DNA of 64,000 nt from Macrostomum lignano (taxonomy: Eukaryota). A program made the position numbers and the translations under genes. How positions within the stretch are numbered: the first letter of the stretch is position 1; every line of letters starts with the position of its first letter. Positions 63,160 to 64,000 of the stretch are shown piece by piece. The notes beneath the pieces were generated by a model. That model saw nothing but the letters and a program-made list of their open reading frames with translations, did no database searches and was not told where the DNA came from. The DNA is taken from contig NIVC01000362.1 of assembly GCA_002269645.1 (NCBI GenBank), forward strand, positions 588,883 through 652,882, written 5' to 3'.

Positions 63160-64000
63160 TACAGAGACCAGACCGCAGAGGCACACCGCAATGAAACGGC
63201 CATTCAGACACAGCAACTGCAGGAATGGAACAGAGACCAGACCGCAGAGGCACACCGCAATGAAACGGCCATTCAGACACAGCAACTGCAGGAATGGAAC
63301 AGAGACCAGACCGCAGAGGCACACCGCAATGAAACGGCCATTCAGACACAGCAACTGCAGGAATGGAACAGAGACCAGACCGCAGAGGCACACCGCAATG
63401 AAACGGCCATTCAGACTCAGCAACGGCAGGAATGGAACAGAGACCAGACCGCAGAGGCACACCGCCAATTGAAACGGCCATTCAGACTCAGCAACGGCAG
63501 GAATGGAACAGAGACCAGACCGCAGAGCACACCGCAATTGAAACGGCCATTCAGACACAGCAACTCAGAATGGAACAGAGACCAGACCGCAGAGGCACAC
63601 CGCAATGAAACGGCCATTCAGACACAGCAACTGCAGGAATGGAACAGAGACCAGACCGCAGAGGCACACCGCAAAAACGCCATTCAACTCAGCAACGGCA
63701 GGAATGGAACAGAGACCAGACCGCAGAGGCACACCGCAATGAAACGCCATTCAGACTCAGCAACGGCAGAATGGAACAGCAGACCAGACCGCAGAGGCAC
63801 ACCGCAATGAAACGCATTCAGACTCAGCAACGGCAGGAAATGAACAAGAGACCAGACCGCAGAGGCACCCCAATGAAACGGCCATTCAGACTAGCAACGC
63901 AGAATGGAACAGAGACCAGACCGCAGAGGCACACCGCAATGAAACGGCCATTCAGACACAGCAACTGCAGGAATGGAACAGAGACCAGACCGCAGAGGCA
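63160..64000. repeat. 69-bp minisatellite (GAATGGAACAGAGACCAGACCGCAGAGGCACACCGCAATGAAACGGCCATTCAGACACAGCAACTGCAG), runs off the window
   Basis: About 12 copies; small indels increase distally. Confidence 0.93.

Overview
Eukaryotic (animal) genomic DNA with GT-AG spliceosomal introns; no rRNA, tRNA or CRISPR array found. Gene style and repeat load suggest a free-living flatworm such as Macrostomum (inference only). The left 35 kb is gene-dense. It holds the 3' end of a divergent class C (GABA-B/GPR156-like) GPCR on the plus strand, then six minus-strand genes: a CHP-like EF-hand protein, DERA, ZDHHC16, NUPR1/p8, an unknown acidic/coiled-coil protein and a 6-exon DHX16/Prp2. Every coding intron and most intergenic gaps are filled by a minisatellite, and a 3.25-kb non-autonomous TIR transposon with a 2-bp TSD sits inside one of them. 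The right 27 kb (about 35.8-63.1 kb) has no intact gene. It is a hierarchical mosaic of plus-strand ankyrin-repeat coding fragments, a short intron-like unit repeated about 40 times, more than 100 copies of a 47-bp satellite that spells NGHHEVVDLLIKA, and nested segmental duplications including a near-identical 5.3-kb tandem unit. Most long ORFs in the supplied track are artefacts of tandem repeats. Repeat boundaries and copy numbers were read by eye and are approximate.
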